From positions 778 to 64,777 of the forward strand of contig JAYRUX010000014.1 of NCBI GenBank assembly GCA_041918855.1: a stretch of 64,000 nt of DNA, read 5' to 3'. Positions 11,820-20,943 of the stretch are shown here, piece by piece. This DNA is from Luteimonas sp. Its GTDB lineage: Bacteria > Pseudomonadota > Gammaproteobacteria > Xanthomonadales > Xanthomonadaceae. The position numbers and the translations under genes are program-made. How positions within the stretch are numbered: position 1 is the stretch's first letter; each line of letters begins with the position of its first letter. Under the pieces are notes generated by a model. The model worked only from the letters and a program-made list of their open reading frames with translations. It was not told the DNA's origin and searched no databases.

Positions 11820-12191
11820 GGAGCCGGCCGATAAGCCGGGTTCTGTCGTGGACAGTCATTCCTCTAGGCGCAGCGTCACCGCTACGCTCGAGCAACCTAC
11901 CCGGACCCGACGCGGGCCACGTCATGAGGTCCCTATTTGGTCTTGCTCCCGGTGGGGTTTGCCGTGCCGGCCTGTTGCCAGGCTCGCGGTGCGCTCTTAC
12001 CGCACCATTTCACCCTTGCCTGATCCGATGCACCCGAAGGTAACCGGCCATCGGCGGTATCTTTCTGTTGCACTTTCCGTCGGCTCGCGCCGCCCAGGGG
12101 TTACCTGGCACCGTGCCCTGTGGAGCCCGGACTTTCCTCGGCATCCGCCCCGCCGAAACAGGATGGATGACGCGACTGCCTGGCCGACTCC
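11820..12191 (-). ncRNA. rnpB: RNase P RNA, class A
   Basis: Minus strand reads GGAGTCGGCCAGGCAGTCGCG...GAGGAAAGTCCGGGCTCCACAGGGCA...ACAGAACCCGGCTTATCGGCCGGCTCC, the conserved P4 elements. Located between rsmI and mraZ. Confidence 0.96.
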
Positions 12192-12281
12192 GCCACCGCC
12201 ATTGTCGCACGCGGCGCCCTCGGCCGGCGCCGCGAGTCCCGATTGAACGAAGCTGTGCCATCCGCACGCTGCGGGCGCAGC

Positions 12282-12372
12282 CCCGTGCGGGCTGTGGCCA
12301 GCGCACATGGATGTGCGCGGTAGGCGAGTCGGCCATGGATGGCCGACCGAGCCGGGCCGCAGCCTGCACGGG
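12282..12372. repeat. Y-shaped palindromic element (REP/MITE-like)
   Basis: 18-bp outer inverted repeat (12282-12299 / 12355-12372) enclosing the hairpins GCGCACA-TGGA-TGTGCGC and GTCGGCCA-TGGA-TGGCCGAC. Confidence 0.7.
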
Positions 12373-12440
12373 GCAGCGCCTCCGGCCGAAGCCCGGGCTT
12401 TTCGCTTTTCGCCCCGACAGTCGCTCGCGCCACACGGGAA

Positions 12441-13295
12441 CTAGTTCGCCTTGGCGCCGTACAGCGCCTTACGCGGCGCCCCCGTGATCTCCGCCGCCAG
12501 CTTCGCCGCCACCGACGGCGGCAGCTGCGCCGCCAGGATCGCGTGCACCCGCCGGCCTTCCGCCAGCACCGCATCCGCGTCCTCGCCCACACCTTCCACT
12601 ACCACCACGAACTCCCCCCGCCGCTGGTTCGCGTCCGCCGCGACCGCCGCGCACAGCGCCCCCAGGCTCCCGTCCAGCACCGTCTCGAACACCTTCGTGA
12701 GCTCCCGCGCCACCACCGCTCGCCGCTCCGGCCCGAACACCGCCGCCATGTCCGCCAGCGCCTCCCCGATCCGGTGCGACGACTCGTAGAACAGCAGCGT
12801 CCGCCGCTCCCCCGCCAGCGCCGACAAGCGCTCCCGCCGCGCCCCCGCCTTCGCCGGCAGGAACCCTTCGAACGCAAAACGGTCGCTGGCCAGGCCTGCC
12901 ACGCTCAACGCCGCCACCAGCGCGCTCGGCCCCGGCACCGGGCTCACCCGCACCCCGGCCGCGCGCGCCGCCCGCACCAGCCGGAACCCCGGGTCGCTCA
13001 CCAGCGGCGTGCCCGCATCGCTCACCAGCGCCAGCGACTCCCCGCCGGCGAGGCGCGCCACGAGCCGCTCCGCCATCTCCGACTCGTTGTGCTCGTGCAA
13101 CGCCAGCAGCGGCCGCTCGAGGCCGAAGTGCGACAGCAGCTGGCGCGTATGCCGCGTGTCCTCCGCACAGATGGCCGAGACCGAGCGCAGGATCTCCAGC
13201 GCGCGCGGCGACAGGTCGCCGAGGTTGCCGATGGGCGTGGCGACGACGTGCAGCGTTCCGGGGCCGGCGGCGCCGGCGGGCTTGGGCGACGTCAT
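12441..13295 (-). CDS. rsmI: 16S rRNA Cm1402 methyltransferase
   Basis: [43 protein letters not shown]. Confidence 0.96.
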   Translation of the reverse strand: MTSPKPAGAAGPGTLHVVATPIGNLGDLSPRALEILRSVSAICAEDTRHTRQLLSHFGLERPLLALHEHNESEMAERLVARLAGGESLALVSDAGTPLVSDPGFRLVRAARAAGVRVSPVPGPSALVAALSVAGLASDRFAFEGFLPAKAGARRERLSALAGERRTLLFYESSHRIGEALADMAAVFGPERRAVVARELTKVFETVLDGSLGALCAAVAADANQRRGEFVVVVEGVGEDADAVLAEGRRVHAILAAQLPPSVAAKLAAEITGAPRKALYGAKAN

Positions 13296-13355
13296 CGTCA
13301 CTCCGGGGACGGGGCGGTAGAATCCTAGCCGTTCTCGCACCCCGGGCCGGCATCG

Positions 13356-14543
13356 ATGCGTCATTCGTGGAAGAAGTCTCTTGCTGTCGCACTGGGCGGG
13401 CTGCTGCTCGCGGGCTGCGCCACCGTCGAGGTGACGCGCCCTGCGCCGACGCCCGGCGACGTGCCGCAGGAGGTCCCGACGCACCGCGAACACTGGCAGT
13501 TCGACGCCGGCAGCCGTCCGGCCGCGGAGCGCGACGGCTACCGTCCGCCGACGAAGCTCGCGGTGCTGCTGCCGCTTACCGGCAGCCTGGCCACCGCCGC
13601 GGCACCGGTGCGCGACGGCCTGCTCGCCGGGTACTACGGCGAATCCCGCCGCCGCCCGGAGCTGCAGTTCTACGACACCGCGGGCACCGCCGGCGGCGCA
13701 GTCGCCGCGTACGCACGCGCGGTGGCCGAGGGTGCCGACCAGGTGGTCGGGCCGCTCGGCCGCGACGAGGTGGAGGCGGTCTTCCGCCAGACCCAGCCCG
13801 AGGTCCCGGTGGTGGCCCTGAACCGACCCGACGCCCCGCCGCCGCGCAACAGCGCCAGCTACGCACTCGCACCCGAGGACGAAGGCCTGGCCGCCGCCGA
13901 CTACCTGGCCGCGCGCAACGCGTTGCGCGTGCTGGTGCTGAGCTCCGGCGACGACAATGCCCGCCGCAGCATCGACGCCTTCCAGGCGCGGCTGCAGGAG
14001 CTCGGCGGCAGCATCGTCCAGACCTTTGCCGTCGTCGGCGAGGCGCCCGCGGACATGACCGTGCTGCTGCAGGGCGCCGCGCAGCGCGAAGGTGGCATCG
14101 ATGCCGTCTTCCTCGCCGTGCGCGGGCCGCAGGCGCGGCTGGTCGCGCCGCAACTGTCGGCGGCGGGGCTTGCCGGCAAGCCGCGGGTGGCGACCTCGCA
14201 GCTGGTGTCCGGCACCGGCAAGGCCGCCGAGGACAGCGCGCTCGACGGCATCGCCTTCCCCACCGACGCCTGGAGCGCCGGCGGCGTCCCCGGGTTGCCC
14301 GGGGCGGCGGCCACAGGCTCGCGCCTGCCGACCGCGCGCGGGCCGGCGGCGCGCCTGTTCGCGTTCGGCTACGACGCCTGGCTGATCAGCGCCTACCTCG
14401 ACCGCCTTGCAACCGCCGACGGCCGGATCCAGGGCGCCGGCGGCACCCTGCGCATCGACGACGAAGGCCATGTACTCCGCGCGCCCGCGTGGTCCACCTT
14501 CAGCAGCGGCTACGTCGTGCCGCTGGCCGGCAGCGGCGGGTGA
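13356..14543 (+). CDS. lpoA: LpoA/LppC-family PBP activator lipoprotein (short form)
   Basis: Lipobox LAGC; [24 protein letters not shown]. Divergent from rsmI and upstream of yraN, as in gammaproteobacteria. Confidence 0.85.
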   Translation: MRHSWKKSLAVALGGLLLAGCATVEVTRPAPTPGDVPQEVPTHREHWQFDAGSRPAAERDGYRPPTKLAVLLPLTGSLATAAAPVRDGLLAGYYGESRRRPELQFYDTAGTAGGAVAAYARAVAEGADQVVGPLGRDEVEAVFRQTQPEVPVVALNRPDAPPPRNSASYALAPEDEGLAAADYLAARNALRVLVLSSGDDNARRSIDAFQARLQELGGSIVQTFAVVGEAPADMTVLLQGAAQREGGIDAVFLAVRGPQARLVAPQLSAAGLAGKPRVATSQLVSGTGKAAEDSALDGIAFPTDAWSAGGVPGLPGAAATGSRLPTARGPAARLFAFGYDAWLISAYLDRLATADGRIQGAGGTLRIDDEGHVLRAPAWSTFSSGYVVPLAGSGG

Positions 14544-14908
14544 CCGGAACCCGCCAGCGCGGTGCGCTGGTGGAAGCGGCAGCGCGCACGCACCTGCTGC
14601 GCGCAGGCCTCGCGGACGTGGCGGCCAACGCCAGCTATCGCCTCGGCGAGCTGGACCTGGTGATGCGCGACGGCGACACGCTGGTGTTCGTGGAAGTGCG
14701 CTACCGCCGCGCAAGCGGTTTCGGCGGCGGCGCCGCATCCGTGGATGCGGGAAAGCGCCAGCGCATCGCCCGCGCCGCGGGAATGTTCCTGGCCCGGCAC
14801 CCCCAGTACGCGCAGTGGCCCTGCCGTTTCGACGTGGTCGCCGCCAGCGGCGACCCGGAGGCCCCGACGCTCGACTGGATCCGCGACGCCTTCCGCCTCG
14901 GCGATTGA
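14540..14908 (+). CDS. yraN: YraN/UPF0102 family protein
   Basis: [27 protein letters not shown]; GTG start overlaps the lpoA stop. Confidence 0.92.
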   Translation: MTGTRQRGALVEAAARTHLLRAGLADVAANASYRLGELDLVMRDGDTLVFVEVRYRRASGFGGGAASVDAGKRQRIARAAGMFLARHPQYAQWPCRFDVVAASGDPEAPTLDWIRDAFRLGD

Positions 14909-14936
14909 GCTGTCGCCCACGGGCTCGGACCAGAGC

Positions 14937-15893
14937 TCAACCCGGACGGAAGTGCTCGTGGCCACTGCCGGCCGGACGCCAGGGCCCACCCGCGGCATCG
15001 GCGGCGCGCACGCCGGGCGTGGCGACGATGCGCCCGATGCAGGCGATGGCGACGCCGGTCGCTTCGGCCACGCCGGCCACCCTGTCGCGCGCGGTTGGCG
15101 CGGTGGTGAAGCAGAGCTCGTAATCGTCACCGCCCGCGCCCTGCAGCGCGCGCCGCGCGTCTCCCATGGCGTACAGGGCGAGCGCCTGCGAACAGGGCAA
15201 GGCGTCGACATCCACCTCTGCGCCGACACCACTGGCCGTACAGACGTGGCCGAGATCGGCAAGCAGGCCATCGGACACGTCGACGCAGGCGTGCGCCACG
15301 CCGCGCAGCGCGCGCCCGGCGGCCAGCCGCGGCGTCGGCCGGTCCAGGCGACCGCGCAGCACCGGATCGACGTCCGTTCCCGAGCGCCACTGCGCCAGCG
15401 CGCCGGCGGCGTCGCCGAGGGTGCCCGTCACCCACACCAGGTCACCGGCGCGGGCGGCGTCGCGGCGCAATGCCGCGCCCGGCTCCACCAGGCCATGCGC
15501 GGTCACGCATATCGACAGCGGGCCGCGCGTGGTGTCGCCGCCGACGAGGGCCACGCCGCAGTCGCCGGCCAGCGCCAGGAACCCGTCGAGGAAGCCCTGC
15601 ACCCACGCCGGGTCGGCCTCCGGCAGCGACAGCGAGAGCGTGCACCAGGCCGGCTCCGCGCCCATCGCCGCGAGGTCGGACAGGTTGACCGCGAGCGCCT
15701 TCCAGCCGATGTCGGCCGGTGACGTCTCCACCGGGAAATGGACGCCGGCGTTCAACGTATCCATCGCCACCACCAGCTGCCGCCCGGGCGGCGGCTGCAG
15801 CAGAGCGGCATCGTCGCCGATACCGAGCACCACGTCGCCGCGCGTCGGCGCGCGCGCGCGGACCAGGGCGACGAGATCGAATTCGGCGGCCAT
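14937..15893 (-). CDS. thiL: Thiamine-monophosphate kinase
   Basis: GIGDDAA, KALAVNLSDLAAMGA, DVSDGL, GGDDYELCFT. Confidence 0.95.
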   Translation of the reverse strand: MAAEFDLVALVRARAPTRGDVVLGIGDDAALLQPPPGRQLVVAMDTLNAGVHFPVETSPADIGWKALAVNLSDLAAMGAEPAWCTLSLSLPEADPAWVQGFLDGFLALAGDCGVALVGGDTTRGPLSICVTAHGLVEPGAALRRDAARAGDLVWVTGTLGDAAGALAQWRSGTDVDPVLRGRLDRPTPRLAAGRALRGVAHACVDVSDGLLADLGHVCTASGVGAEVDVDALPCSQALALYAMGDARRALQGAGGDDYELCFTTAPTARDRVAGVAEATGVAIACIGRIVATPGVRAADAAGGPWRPAGSGHEHFRPG

Positions 15894-15916
15894 GCGCGTG
15901 GTCCGCGTGCGCGGGC

Positions 15917-16387
15917 TCAGCCCTGCCGCGCGCCCTGGATCTCCACCGCGCGCCACTGCGCGGCGGCGCGGTCGAGCACGCCGTTGACGAAGGTGTGGCC
16001 ATGCTCGGAGCCGAAGCGCTTGACCGTGCGCAGGGCCTCGTCGATCACCACCCGGTACGGCACGTCGGGGCGGTGCTGGAGTTCGTACGCCGAGATCCGC
16101 AGCATCGCGCGCTCGATGGCGTCGACCTCCTCCATCGTGCGATCGAGGAACGGCTGCAGCGCGACGTCGAGTTCGCGGTAGTGGCGGGAGACGCCTTCCA
16201 CCAGGTCCTCGAAGTAGGCGAGGTCCGCGGGCTCGTGCAACTGCTCGTGGGCGAACTGCGCAATGATGTCCTTCACCGGCGCGCGCGAGATCTGCATGGC
16301 ATACACCGCCTGCAGCGCGCGGCGGCGCGAACGCGATCGCGCCACCGGATCGACGCCATCCCGGCGCGGGCCGCGCGGCCCGGTCAT
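15917..16387 (-). CDS. nusB: Transcription antitermination factor NusB
   Basis: [30 protein letters not shown]. Follows ribH. Confidence 0.95.
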   Translation of the reverse strand: MTGPRGPRRDGVDPVARSRSRRRALQAVYAMQISRAPVKDIIAQFAHEQLHEPADLAYFEDLVEGVSRHYRELDVALQPFLDRTMEEVDAIERAMLRISAYELQHRPDVPYRVVIDEALRTVKRFGSEHGHTFVNGVLDRAAAQWRAVEIQGARQG

Positions 16388-16851
16388 GGCAACGCCTCCA
16401 TCAGGCTCGCCATCTCGATCGCCACCAGCGCGCACTCCTCGCCCTTGTTGCCGTGGCTGCCGCCGGCGCGGTGCTCGGCGTCGACCTGCTGGTCGACCGC
16501 GAGCACGCCGTTGGCCACCGGCACGCCGCTGTCCAGCGCCACCCGCATCAGCGCATCTGCGCAGCAGTCGGCGACATGTTCGAAGTGGCGGGTGTCGCCG
16601 CGCACCACGCAGCCGAGCGCGACGATGGCATCGTGGGCGTTGCCGGCGGCGATGCGGGCCGCGGCCACCGGGATCTCCCAGGCGCCGGGCACCCGGACCA
16701 CGTCGATGGCGGCTTCGGCGACGCCGTTGTCGGCAAAGGTGCGGCGCGCGCCGGCGACCAGCGCATCCGTGATGCGCGGGTTCCAGCGGCTGGCAATGAT
16801 CGCGAAGCGGGCGCCGGCGGGCGCGCGCAGTGCGCCTTCGTGAAGTGTCAT
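16384..16851 (-). CDS. ribH: 6,7-dimethyl-8-ribityllumazine synthase
   Basis: [31 protein letters not shown]. Confidence 0.96.
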   Translation of the reverse strand: MTLHEGALRAPAGARFAIIASRWNPRITDALVAGARRTFADNGVAEAAIDVVRVPGAWEIPVAAARIAAGNAHDAIVALGCVVRGDTRHFEHVADCCADALMRVALDSGVPVANGVLAVDQQVDAEHRAGGSHGNKGEECALVAIEMASLMEALP

Positions 16852-16857
16852 GCGGTC

Positions 16858-17778
16858 CTATGCGGCAATGCGTGCGTTGAGTGGGATGGGCGGTGCGTCC
16901 GACAGGCCGAGGCCGGGCACGTCCTGGTGCCTGCGGTGCATCCAGTACGCCCCGGACTCCGGCACCAGGGTCACGTCCTGGGCGATGCAGTCCTCTTCGG
17001 AGTAGTAGTGGAACACCACGCTCTTGCGCGTCTTCGACGCGTCCGCGATCGGACTGCCTCCGTGCAGCAGGTAGGCGCTCCAGATGAAGACATCGCCCTT
17101 GCGCGCAGCGAACGTCTCGGGCTGCAGTCCGCGCGCGGCGCATTCGCGCTGCATGTAGTCGGCCCACTGGCCCATTTCTTCCTGTACGAAATGGTTGCTG
17201 CCGGTGCTGAACACGTGAGGCGGGATCCTGTGGCTGCCGGGGAAATAGCGCAACGGTCCGGCGTCCACGTGGCAATCCTCGAGCGCCACCCAGATCGCGA
17301 TCAGGTGGTGCTGGCTGCGCGGCGTCATGTAGAGCGCATCGACGTGGTCGATCTGGCCACTGCCCTGCTCGAAGCTCAGCGAGTTGCAGAGCACCGGCGT
17401 GTGCCCGAGAAGTGCGGCCAGGATCGGCGTGATGCGATCGTTGAGCGCGAGCGCGCGCACTGAAGCGCTCTCGAGGTAGAGGTCGTTGGTCTTGAATCGG
17501 TGCTGGCGACGCGCCTGTTCGTCGACATCGCACAGGCGCAGGCGCTGGTTGGTCACCAGGTCGTCGACCACGATACGCGGGGCCTTGTCGTCCCAAGCGT
17601 TGCGTACCTCGGCTTCCGCGGGCTCGAGTTCCGCAGCGCCATAGAACGCCGGGAGCACCACGAAACCCTGCGCGTCCCATTCGCCACGCAGCCTGGCCAG
17701 TGCATCGCCGGTGTCCACGGCCGGCGCCGTGGCGGCTTCGCCGGCGCGCTGCCAGGGCCATCTCAGCCTGAGTCCCAT
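16858..17778 (-). CDS. PhyH-family Fe(II)/2-oxoglutarate dioxygenase (paralog 1)
   Basis: GFVVLP, H-x-D in DHVDALYM, WVALED, GPLRYFPGSH, LLHGGS...R..VVFHY. Confidence 0.85.
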   Translation of the reverse strand: MGLRLRWPWQRAGEAATAPAVDTGDALARLRGEWDAQGFVVLPAFYGAAELEPAEAEVRNAWDDKAPRIVVDDLVTNQRLRLCDVDEQARRQHRFKTNDLYLESASVRALALNDRITPILAALLGHTPVLCNSLSFEQGSGQIDHVDALYMTPRSQHHLIAIWVALEDCHVDAGPLRYFPGSHRIPPHVFSTGSNHFVQEEMGQWADYMQRECAARGLQPETFAARKGDVFIWSAYLLHGGSPIADASKTRKSVVFHYYSEEDCIAQDVTLVPESGAYWMHRRHQDVPGLGLSDAPPIPLNARIAA

Positions 17779-17879
17779 GTCGCCCTGCCTCGTCTCTTCC
17801 GGTCGCCTAGTCTAGCTGCCGCGACCCCGGATCGCCGAGGTGCCGGTGGCGGATGCGCAGCGCAAGGCGCGCGCGCCCA

Positions 17880-18818
17880 TCAGCCGCGCGGTGGCAGCTC
17901 GCCCTCGCCGTCGCCGACCGGCTGATGCCTGCGATGCAGCCAGAAGCCGCCCTCGTACGGCACCAGGTCGAAGCCGACGCTGCGGCTGTCGGACTCGGTG
18001 AAGTAGTGGAACACGATGCTGCGGCGGGTCCTGGAGCGATCGATGATCTCGCTGCCGCCGTGCATCAGGTACGCGCTCCAGATGAACACGTCGCCCTTGC
18101 GCGCGGCGAACGACTCCGCGCGCAGGCCACGCAGGCCGGACTGTTCGTACATGTACGCCGTCCACGCGGGCATTTCGTCCTGGATCGCGCGGGTGTCTCC
18201 GTTGGAGAAGCGGTACTGATCGATCCTGTGGCTGCCCGGGTAGTAGCGCAGCGGTCCTGCCTCCGGGTGGCAATCCTCGAGCGCCACCCAGATGGCGACG
18301 AGCTTCCCGGGCGTGATCGGCGCCATGTACAGCGCGTCGACGTGGTCGGGCTGGCCGCTGCCCTGCTCGAAGTTGAGCGAATTGCAGATCACCGGGGCCT
18401 CGCCGAGCAGGGCCGCGAGGATCGGCGTCAGCCGGGGGTTGAGCGCGAGGCGGCGGACCGCATCCAGCTCCATGTACAGGTCGTTGACCTTGAAGCGGTG
18501 CTCGCGCGCATGCTCGGCGGGGACGTCAGACAGGCGCAGGCGCTGGTTGGTGATGAGATCGTCGACCACGATGCGCGGCGCGCGCGTGCGCCAGGCCTCC
18601 TGGACCACCTCGCGGGCGGCGTCGATCTCGGCATCGTCATAGAACCCGGGCAGCACGAGGTAGCCGTCGCGCTCCCAGGCCTCCAGCTGCCCGCTGGCGA
18701 TGCCGGCCACCGCTTCCGGCGGCGCGGCCGGAACCGGGGTGGCCGGAACCGGGGCGTCCTGTATCGGGCCACCGCCCTGCGCGCCCAGCATCGAACGCAG
18801 CCTCTGCATCAGGCCCAT
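17880..18818 (-). CDS. PhyH-family Fe(II)/2-oxoglutarate dioxygenase (paralog 2)
   Basis: Same motifs (DHVDALYM, GPLRYYPGSH, LMHGGS). ATG at 18818 with an AAGGAG RBS. Confidence 0.85.
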   Translation of the reverse strand: MGLMQRLRSMLGAQGGGPIQDAPVPATPVPAAPPEAVAGIASGQLEAWERDGYLVLPGFYDDAEIDAAREVVQEAWRTRAPRIVVDDLITNQRLRLSDVPAEHAREHRFKVNDLYMELDAVRRLALNPRLTPILAALLGEAPVICNSLNFEQGSGQPDHVDALYMAPITPGKLVAIWVALEDCHPEAGPLRYYPGSHRIDQYRFSNGDTRAIQDEMPAWTAYMYEQSGLRGLRAESFAARKGDVFIWSAYLMHGGSEIIDRSRTRRSIVFHYFTESDSRSVGFDLVPYEGGFWLHRRHQPVGDGEGELPPRG

Positions 18819-18859
18819 GACACGACTCCTTTCCGATGGCCCGCCGGCCGGCGGCGCGA

Positions 18860-20017
18860 TTATCGCACCGGTGGTGCCGGTCCAGCGCCCGACCGCGCAC
18901 GCGCGGCGGATTCGGCACCGGGGAAGGCCACGTGTTCGACCACCTCCAGGCCGAAGCCCGCCAGCCCCACCTGCTTGCGCGGCGTCCCCAGCACGCGCAG
19001 GCGGCCGAGGCCGAGGTCGGCCAGGATCTGGCTGCCGGCGCCGTTGCGCCGCCACTCGGCCAGGCCGCCGCCCCGGCGCGGGCGGGTCTCGGGCTGCTCG
19101 CGGATGCGCGCCAGCAGGGTGTCGGGATCGACCGCTTCGCCCAGCAGCACCAGGGCACCGCTGCCGTCGGCGGCGATGGCCTGCAGCACGTCGGCCACGG
19201 CGGGGCCGAAATCGGCCCGCCGCCACTGCAGCGCATCGGCCAGCGGGTTCTGCATCGCCACGCGCACCAGCGTCGGCCGCGCTGGATCCGGCGCGCCGCG
19301 GAGCAGCGCGAAGTGCAGCGAATGGCTGACGCGGTCGCGGTAGGTGAACAGGCGGAAGGGGCCGTGGTCGGTCTCGATGTCGCGCTCGTCCACGCGTTCG
19401 ACGGTGTGCTCGGTGTCCAGGCGGTGGCGGATCAGGTCCTCGATCGAGCCGATCTTCAGTCCGTGCTCGCGCGCGAACACCTCGAGCTCCGGCCGCCGCG
19501 CCATGCTGCCGTCGGGGTTGAGGATCTCCACCAGCACGCCCGCGGGTTCGAGCCCCGCCAGCAGCGCCAGGTCCGCTGCCGCCTCGGTGTGGCCGGCGCG
19601 GTTGAGCACGCCGCCGGGCTGCGCCTGCAGCGGGAAGATGTGGCCGGGCTGCGACAGGTCCGCGGGCGTGGCATCGGGGCGCACCGCGGTGCGGATGGTG
19701 TGCGCGCGGTCGTAGGCGGAGATGCCGGTGGTGACGCCTTCGGCGGCCTCGATGCTCACGGTGAAGTTGGTGCCGTGCGACGAGGTGTTGTCGCGCACCA
19801 TCGGCGGCAGCCCGAGCTGGCGGCAGCGCTCTCGGGTCAGCGACAGGCAGACGAGCCCTCGGGCGTGGGTGACCATGAAGTTGATGTCGGTCGGCTTCAC
19901 CAGCTCGGCCGCCATGATCAGGTCGCCCTCGTTCTCGCGGTCCTCGTCATCGACGATGACCACCATGCGCCCGGCGCGCAGTTCTTCCAGCAGTTCGGGG
20001 ATCGGGGCGAAGGGCAT
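18860..20017 (-). CDS. ribB: DHBP synthase fused to a degenerate GTP cyclohydrolase II domain (RibBX type)
   Basis: DDEDRENEGD, RAGHTEA. The C-terminal domain lacks the Zn-binding cysteines (VRVAMQNPLADALQWRRADFG). Confidence 0.92.
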   Translation of the reverse strand: MPFAPIPELLEELRAGRMVVIVDDEDRENEGDLIMAAELVKPTDINFMVTHARGLVCLSLTRERCRQLGLPPMVRDNTSSHGTNFTVSIEAAEGVTTGISAYDRAHTIRTAVRPDATPADLSQPGHIFPLQAQPGGVLNRAGHTEAAADLALLAGLEPAGVLVEILNPDGSMARRPELEVFAREHGLKIGSIEDLIRHRLDTEHTVERVDERDIETDHGPFRLFTYRDRVSHSLHFALLRGAPDPARPTLVRVAMQNPLADALQWRRADFGPAVADVLQAIAADGSGALVLLGEAVDPDTLLARIREQPETRPRRGGGLAEWRRNGAGSQILADLGLGRLRVLGTPRKQVGLAGFGLEVVEHVAFPGAESAARARSGAGPAPPVR

Positions 20018-20041
20018 GTCGGAGTCCTGGAAGAATGCGGC

Positions 20042-20656
20042 TCAGCCGCCGCGTGCCGACAGCAGGCGCTCGACGTAGCGCGCCACCATGTCGACCTCGA
20101 GGTTGACGGCATCGCCCTCGCGCGTGGAAGCGAACGCGGTGTGGGCGATCGTGTGCGGGACCAGCGCGACGCCGAATCCGGCGTCGTCGACCTCGTTGAC
20201 GGTGAGGCTCACGCCGTCCACGCAGATCGAGCCCTTGGGCGCCACGTAGCGCGCGAGCGCCGGCGGCATCGCGAAGCGCCAGCGCTGCGCGCGACCGTCG
20301 TCGGCGACCGACAGCACGCGGCCGACGCCGTCCACATGGCCGCTGACGAGGTGTCCGCCAAGGCGGTCGCCGGCGCGGGTGGCGCGTTCGAGGTTGACCG
20401 CGGACCCCACGCCGAGGCCGCCGAGCGTGGTCAGCGCCAGGGTCTCGTTGGAGGCATCGGCCTCGAAACCGTCGTCATCGAAGGCGACGACCGTCAGGCA
20501 GACGCCGTTGACCGCGATGCTCTCGCCGAGCGTGATCGGGTCGCCGTCGCCGCGGAAGCCGCGGAGCGTGCCGGCGGCGATGGCCAGGCGTGCGTCGCCG
20601 CCGCGCAGCTCGCGTGCGGCGAGCGCGCCGACGCCTTCGATGAGACCTGTGAACAT
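20042..20656 (-). CDS. ribE: Riboflavin synthase alpha chain
   Basis: MFTGLIE start; GESIAVNGVCLTV, GGHLVSGHVDG, GSICVDGVSLTVN, VNLEVD. Confidence 0.96.
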   Translation of the reverse strand: MFTGLIEGVGALAARELRGGDARLAIAAGTLRGFRGDGDPITLGESIAVNGVCLTVVAFDDDGFEADASNETLALTTLGGLGVGSAVNLERATRAGDRLGGHLVSGHVDGVGRVLSVADDGRAQRWRFAMPPALARYVAPKGSICVDGVSLTVNEVDDAGFGVALVPHTIAHTAFASTREGDAVNLEVDMVARYVERLLSARGG

Positions 20657-20729
20657 GGCAACCGTCCTGCGCGTGGAAAGCGGAGGACGCCCACGGGCGG
20701 GCATCGCGCGGCGAGGCCGCGCAGTGCCG

Positions 20730-20912
20730 TCTTCTTCCATCCGGACTTTCCGGCGGCTCGCGCCACCGACCGTCGGCCCCGGAGTCCGACCGGGTCTGCT
20801 GACCTCCAGCGCCGGCCCTCGCGGGTGGCACCGAAGCGCTCGCGGGCTCGTGCGGGGCGCCGTGGCGCCGCACCTACCGCCGGTGGGGAATCGCACCCCG
20901 CCCTGAAGACGT
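20730..20912 (-). promoter_or_regulatory. FMN (RFN) riboswitch
   Basis: Minus strand TCTTCAGGGCGGGGTGCGATTCCCCACCGGCGGT...AGCCCGCGAGCG...GGTCAGCAGACCCGGT...CCGGGGCCGACGGT...AGTCCGGATGGAAGAAG, upstream of ribE. Confidence 0.93.
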
Positions 20913-20943
20913 CTCGTGTTGCCGGCGAACCGGCGCGCGCAGC

